DNA from: an uncultured Actinomycetes bacterium
GTDB taxonomy: Bacteria; Actinomycetota; Thermoleophilia; UBA2241
Direction: 5' to 3'
NCBI GenBank assembly: GCA_963755025.1
Contig: CAVWIH010000014.1
Location: 256,001 to 320,000 of the forward strand
DNA: 64,000 bases
The notes below the pieces were generated by a model. The model saw only the letters and a list, made by a program, of their open reading frames with translations, made no database searches and was not told the origin of the DNA. The translations under genes and the position numbers were made by a program. Below, in pieces: positions 61,061 through 64,000 of this stretch (its first letter is position 1; each line of letters begins with the position of its first letter).

Positions 61061-61624
61061 CAGGGCGTCGCCGGCCGTGATGATCGCCTCGGCCACCTCG
61101 CGCAGGGTCTTGCGCCGGTCCATGGCGACCTTCTGCAGCCGGCGAAAGGCGTCGGCCTCGGTGAGCCCGCGCGCCATGAGCAGGCCCTTGGCCTGGTCGA
61201 CGACCTTGCGGGTCTCGAGACGCTCGGTCAGGTCGCCCACCTCGCGCGCCAGCAGGGCGGCCTCGGCGAAGCGCGCGACCGCCACCTCCATGGCCGGCAC
61301 GATGTCGTTGCGCGAGAAGGGCTTGACGACGTAGCCCATGGCGCCGGCGCGTGTGGCTTGCTCGACCTGCGCGGGCTGCGAGAACGCCGTGAGGATCACC
61401 ACGGGCGCGATCGCTTCGGCGCTGATGGCGGCCGTCGCCTCGATGCCGTTCACGCCCGGCATGTTGATGTCCATGAAGACCACGTCGGGCCGGCACGAGC
61501 GCGCCAAGGCGATCGCCTCGGCGCCGTCGCGCGCCTCGGCCACCACCTCGTGGCCGCCGTCTATGAGCATCTCGCGCAGGTCCATGCGGATCAGCGCCTC
61601 GTCTTCGGCGATCAGCACTCGCAA
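61058..61624 (-). CDS. ANTAR-domain response regulator (PdtaR/EutV-like)
   Basis: RVLIAEDEALIRMDL..FMDINMPG..YVVKPF receiver; ETRKVVDQAKGLLM..EADAFRRLQKVAMD ANTAR. Confidence 0.95.
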   Translation of the reverse strand: MRVLIAEDEALIRMDLREMLIDGGHEVVAEARDGAEAIALARSCRPDVVFMDINMPGVNGIEATAAISAEAIAPVVILTAFSQPAQVEQATRAGAMGYVVKPFSRNDIVPAMEVAVARFAEAALLAREVGDLTERLETRKVVDQAKGLLMARGLTEADAFRRLQKVAMDRRKTLREVAEAIITAGDAL

Positions 61625-61742
61625 GGCCGGGGTCCTCTTCGTCGTCTCCGTGTCGTCGCGCCCCGGTCGTCGCTCGCCGGCGACCGGGGCCCGGCACGCT
61701 TGTAGCTTACCGACGCGCGTGGCGTCGCGCCTGCGTTTTCGC

Positions 61743-62078
61743 CTACATCTCGAAACCGAGGGAGCTGAGGCTGCAGAACACGTGGGCCGTCTTGGCATGC
61801 CCGCGGCGCTGCGGGGCTATGCGGAAGGTCGACCAGTGCGGCAGGGCGACGATGTCGGCTCCGCCGCCGTCGCGCAGGTCGAGCGCGCCCGACTCGAGCA
61901 CGCCGTTGTCGAACACACCGGCGAATTCCTGATGATGGATCTCCACCATCTCGAGCTCGCCGAGGATGTCGGTGAACCAGAGTTGGATGCGCTTCACGTC
62001 GTGTTCGGCGACCTGAAGGCGGATGCTGGCCAGGAGCTCATTCTTCCTGTGTCTTCCTGGTGGCCATGGTCCGCGCAC
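61743..62078 (-). CDS. stand-alone glutamine synthetase N-terminal (beta-grasp) domain; start uncertain, possibly a remnant
   Basis: DVKRIQLWFTDILGEL..DIVALPHWSTFRIAP..AHVFC resembles the GlnA N-domain; TAG stop right after it. Confidence 0.65.
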   Translation of the reverse strand: MRGPWPPGRHRKNELLASIRLQVAEHDVKRIQLWFTDILGELEMVEIHHQEFAGVFDNGVLESGALDLRDGGGADIVALPHWSTFRIAPQRRGHAKTAHVFCSLSSLGFEM

Positions 62079-62148
62079 GTGGCGCGCTGGCAGATGAGCG
62101 AGGAGGGTTCGGGGCCCGGGGTCTCCTTTCTGCGCCGCGCCGGAAACG

Positions 62149-62220
62149 AAAAAACTCCCCGGGCCGCGAGGGCCAGGGGAGCGTCGTTGCTCCGGCAGGT
62201 GGCGGCACGCCGTTGTGCCG
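62149..62220 (-). ncRNA. second ANTAR-target dual-hairpin leader with overlapping terminator
   Basis: Minus strand: P1 CGGCAC-AACGGC-GTGCCG, P2 GGAGC-AACGAC-GCTCC, terminator CTCCCCTGGCC..GGCCCGGGGAG-TTTTTT; TGCTAGCAT extended -10 upstream. Confidence 0.87.
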
Positions 62221-62263
62221 ATGCCGCATGCTAGCACGCCGGTTCGGGGGCGCGCAATCGTGA

Positions 62264-62352
62264 GCCTGGGCCGGCACGCGCATGGGCCGGCACGCGCCCG
62301 CCTAGGCCGGCACGCGCCCGCATGGACCGGTACGCGCCTGGGCCGGCACGCG
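62264..62352. repeat. degenerate 16-20-bp intergenic tandem repeats
   Basis: About 5 copies of C(C/A)TGGGCCGGCACGCG. Confidence 0.65.
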
Positions 62353-62353
62353 C

Positions 62354-63505
62354 CTACGCCGGCCGCACCGGGTCGGCGCCACCGGACTGCCGGGACTGCT
62401 GCGGCGCGCGGCCGGGCGCGAGCGGGATACTGAACGTGATGGTCGTGCCCGCGCCGTCGTTGCTTGCGGCGGCGATCCGCCCGCCGTGGCTTTCGACCAG
62501 GCTCCTGGCGATCGCCAGCCCCAAGCCGCTGCCCTTGGAATCGGCCGACTTTGAGAAGCGGTCGAACAGCCCGGAGAGCTCCTCGGCGGCGATGCCGCGG
62601 CCGTTGTCGCTCACCGTGAACACCGCGTCGCCGCCCGAGAGCGCCACGGCCACGACCACGGCGCCGCCGGCCGGCGTGTAGCGCACGGCGTTGGCCACCA
62701 GGTTGTCGAGCACCTGGCGCAGCCGCACCGGGTCGACGTCGAGCTCGGGCACACCCTCGACGCCGGCCGTCAGCGTCACCCCACGGGCGGCTGCCGTCGC
62801 CTGAAAGGCGCGCAGGGTCTCGTCGACGAGGCGCCGCGGATCGGTGGCCTCGCGGTGCAGCCGCAAGGCGCCCGCCTGGGCCAGGGAAAGGGTCTGCAGG
62901 TCCTCGAGCAGGCGAGCCATGAGCTACGTCTCGGCCAGCACGGGGGTGAGGTGGTCGTCGTCCCGTGGGTAGAGGCCGTCGAGCATGCCCTCGACGTCGC
63001 CGCGGATGACCGACAGCGGTGTGCGCAGCTCGTGGGCGATCTCGGCCAGCAACGCGCGCCGCTGCTCCTCGTTCTCCTGCAGCCGCTGGGCCATCTCGTT
63101 GAATGCCCCGGCGAGCTGCCGGACCTCGCTCGAGCCGCGCGCCTCGACCCGCGCGCCGTAGTCGCCCCCGGCCACCCTGCTGGCGGCGTCCATGACGTCG
63201 CCGATGGGCGCCGCCGTGCGGCGCAACACGCGGCCGATCACCAGGGCGCCCACCACGACGAGGGCCACTACGGGGAACAGCAGGAAGAACGGGTGCGGGC
63301 CGCCGCGCCAGCCGCCGCCGCGCGGCCGCAAAGTCATCGCGTTCCAGATGACGCCCAGAGCGATCAGCAGCGCAAAGAAGGCGAGCAGCAGCAAGACGAC
63401 GCGCCGCACGAAGCGGCGGCGCAGGCGGTGCCAGTCGCCGCCGCTCGGCGGCCAAGGCTCGCCTTCGGGCCACCAGGGCGGAGAGCGCCGGCCGGCCGGA
63501 CTCAT
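62354..63505 (-). CDS. HAMP sensor histidine kinase (BaeS-like) interrupted by an in-frame TAG at 62924-62926
   Basis: 2 TM, HAMP, IAHELRTPL; after TAG-CTC the same frame continues with NLVANAVRY, DNGRG, GSGLGL. Confidence 0.88.
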
Positions 63506-64000
63506 CGCTCTTCGGCGAACCGGTAGCCGACGCCGTAGACCGTCTCGATGTACGAGGGCGCGCCCTCGCGAGCCTCGAGCTTGCGGCGGATGTTCTTCAC
63601 GTGGGCGTCGATCGCCCGCTCGTAGGAGTCGAACGCGACGCCGCGCACCGCTTCGAGAAGCTGGCCGCGGGTCAGCACGCGCCCGGGCCGTCGCGCCAGG
63701 GCGACGAGCAGCTGGAACTCGGTCGGCGTCAGGTCGACCCGCTGCCCGGCGGCGCTCACGCGCATGGCGGGCACGTCGATGACCAAATCGGCGGCACGCA
63801 CGACGTCGGGCGCCTGCTGGGTGCCGTCGGTGCGGCGCAGCACGGCGCGCACCCGGGCGACGAGCTCCTTGGGGCTGAACGGCTTCACCATGTAGTCGTC
63901 GGCGCCCAGCTCGAGGCCGACGATACGGTCGGCTTCGTCGCCGCGCGCCGTGAGGACGATGATCGGCATGGCCGAGAACGCCCGCACCGTGCGCGTCACG
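63502..64000 (-). CDS. OmpR family response regulator (5' end outside the window)
   Basis: LELGADDYMVKPF, LTPTEF, IETVYGVGYRF. Confidence 0.93.
   Translation of the reverse strand, partial: VTRTVRAFSAMPIIVLTARGDEADRIVGLELGADDYMVKPFSPKELVARVRAVLRRTDGTQQAPDVVRAADLVIDVPAMRVSAAGQRVDLTPTEFQLLVALARRPGRVLTRGQLLEAVRGVAFDSYERAIDAHVKNIRRKLEAREGAPSYIETVYGVGYRFAEER

Noticed and set aside
62264-62352. Intergenic repeats as a possible mini CRISPR array
   Set aside because: Units are 16-20 bp, directly tandem, with no unique spacers and no cas genes

Overview
High-GC (about 70%) bacterial chromosomal window with no rRNA, tRNA, CRISPR array or mobile element. Gene content (PdtaS/PdtaR-like pair, MMPL and GAP proteins, HdrA/MvhD, four-subunit 2-oxoacid:ferredoxin oxidoreductase, split glutamate synthase) suggests an anaerobic actinobacterium such as Thermoleophilia or Coriobacteriia; this is inference only. 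Main blocks: (1) 1-10.4 kb, an ArsR-tusA-mvhD-hdrA-hdrA-wHTH-hdrC-CCG-dsrE sulfur/electron-bifurcation operon facing an FmdB zinc-ribbon/rhodanese/dihydrolipoamide dehydrogenase unit; (2) 14.7-19.3 kb, Cys-rich metal/Fe-S genes (DUF134-NifX, CGGC, FeS, DUF302, DUF5714); (3) 19.3-22.9 kb, a split ClpC2-like HTH + ClpN + ABC exporter + hydrolase operon; (4) a large HTH-5xGAF-HD-GYP-GGDEF protein; (5) 29.7-37.6 kb, MerR-REC/KaiC/PP2C followed by GAP/PlsC/MMPL; (6) 47.5-52.9 kb, XRE-cupin + acyl-CoA synthetase + OFOR; (7) 54.4-62.3 kb, a nitrogen-assimilation island with a PdtaS-like kinase, an ANTAR response regulator and two dual-hexaloop ANTAR RNA elements overlapping terminators, one leading a stand-alone glutamine synthetase N-terminal domain. 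Signals missed by the ORF track include three copies of a CsoR/CstR-type palindrome, a candidate C-terminal selenocysteine with a SECIS-like hairpin, a 36-aa small protein with its own RBS and terminator, and paired uORFs before two rhodanese paralogs. Several genes carry single-base indels or an in-frame stop, most likely long-read assembly errors. All family assignments come from motif recognition, not database searches.
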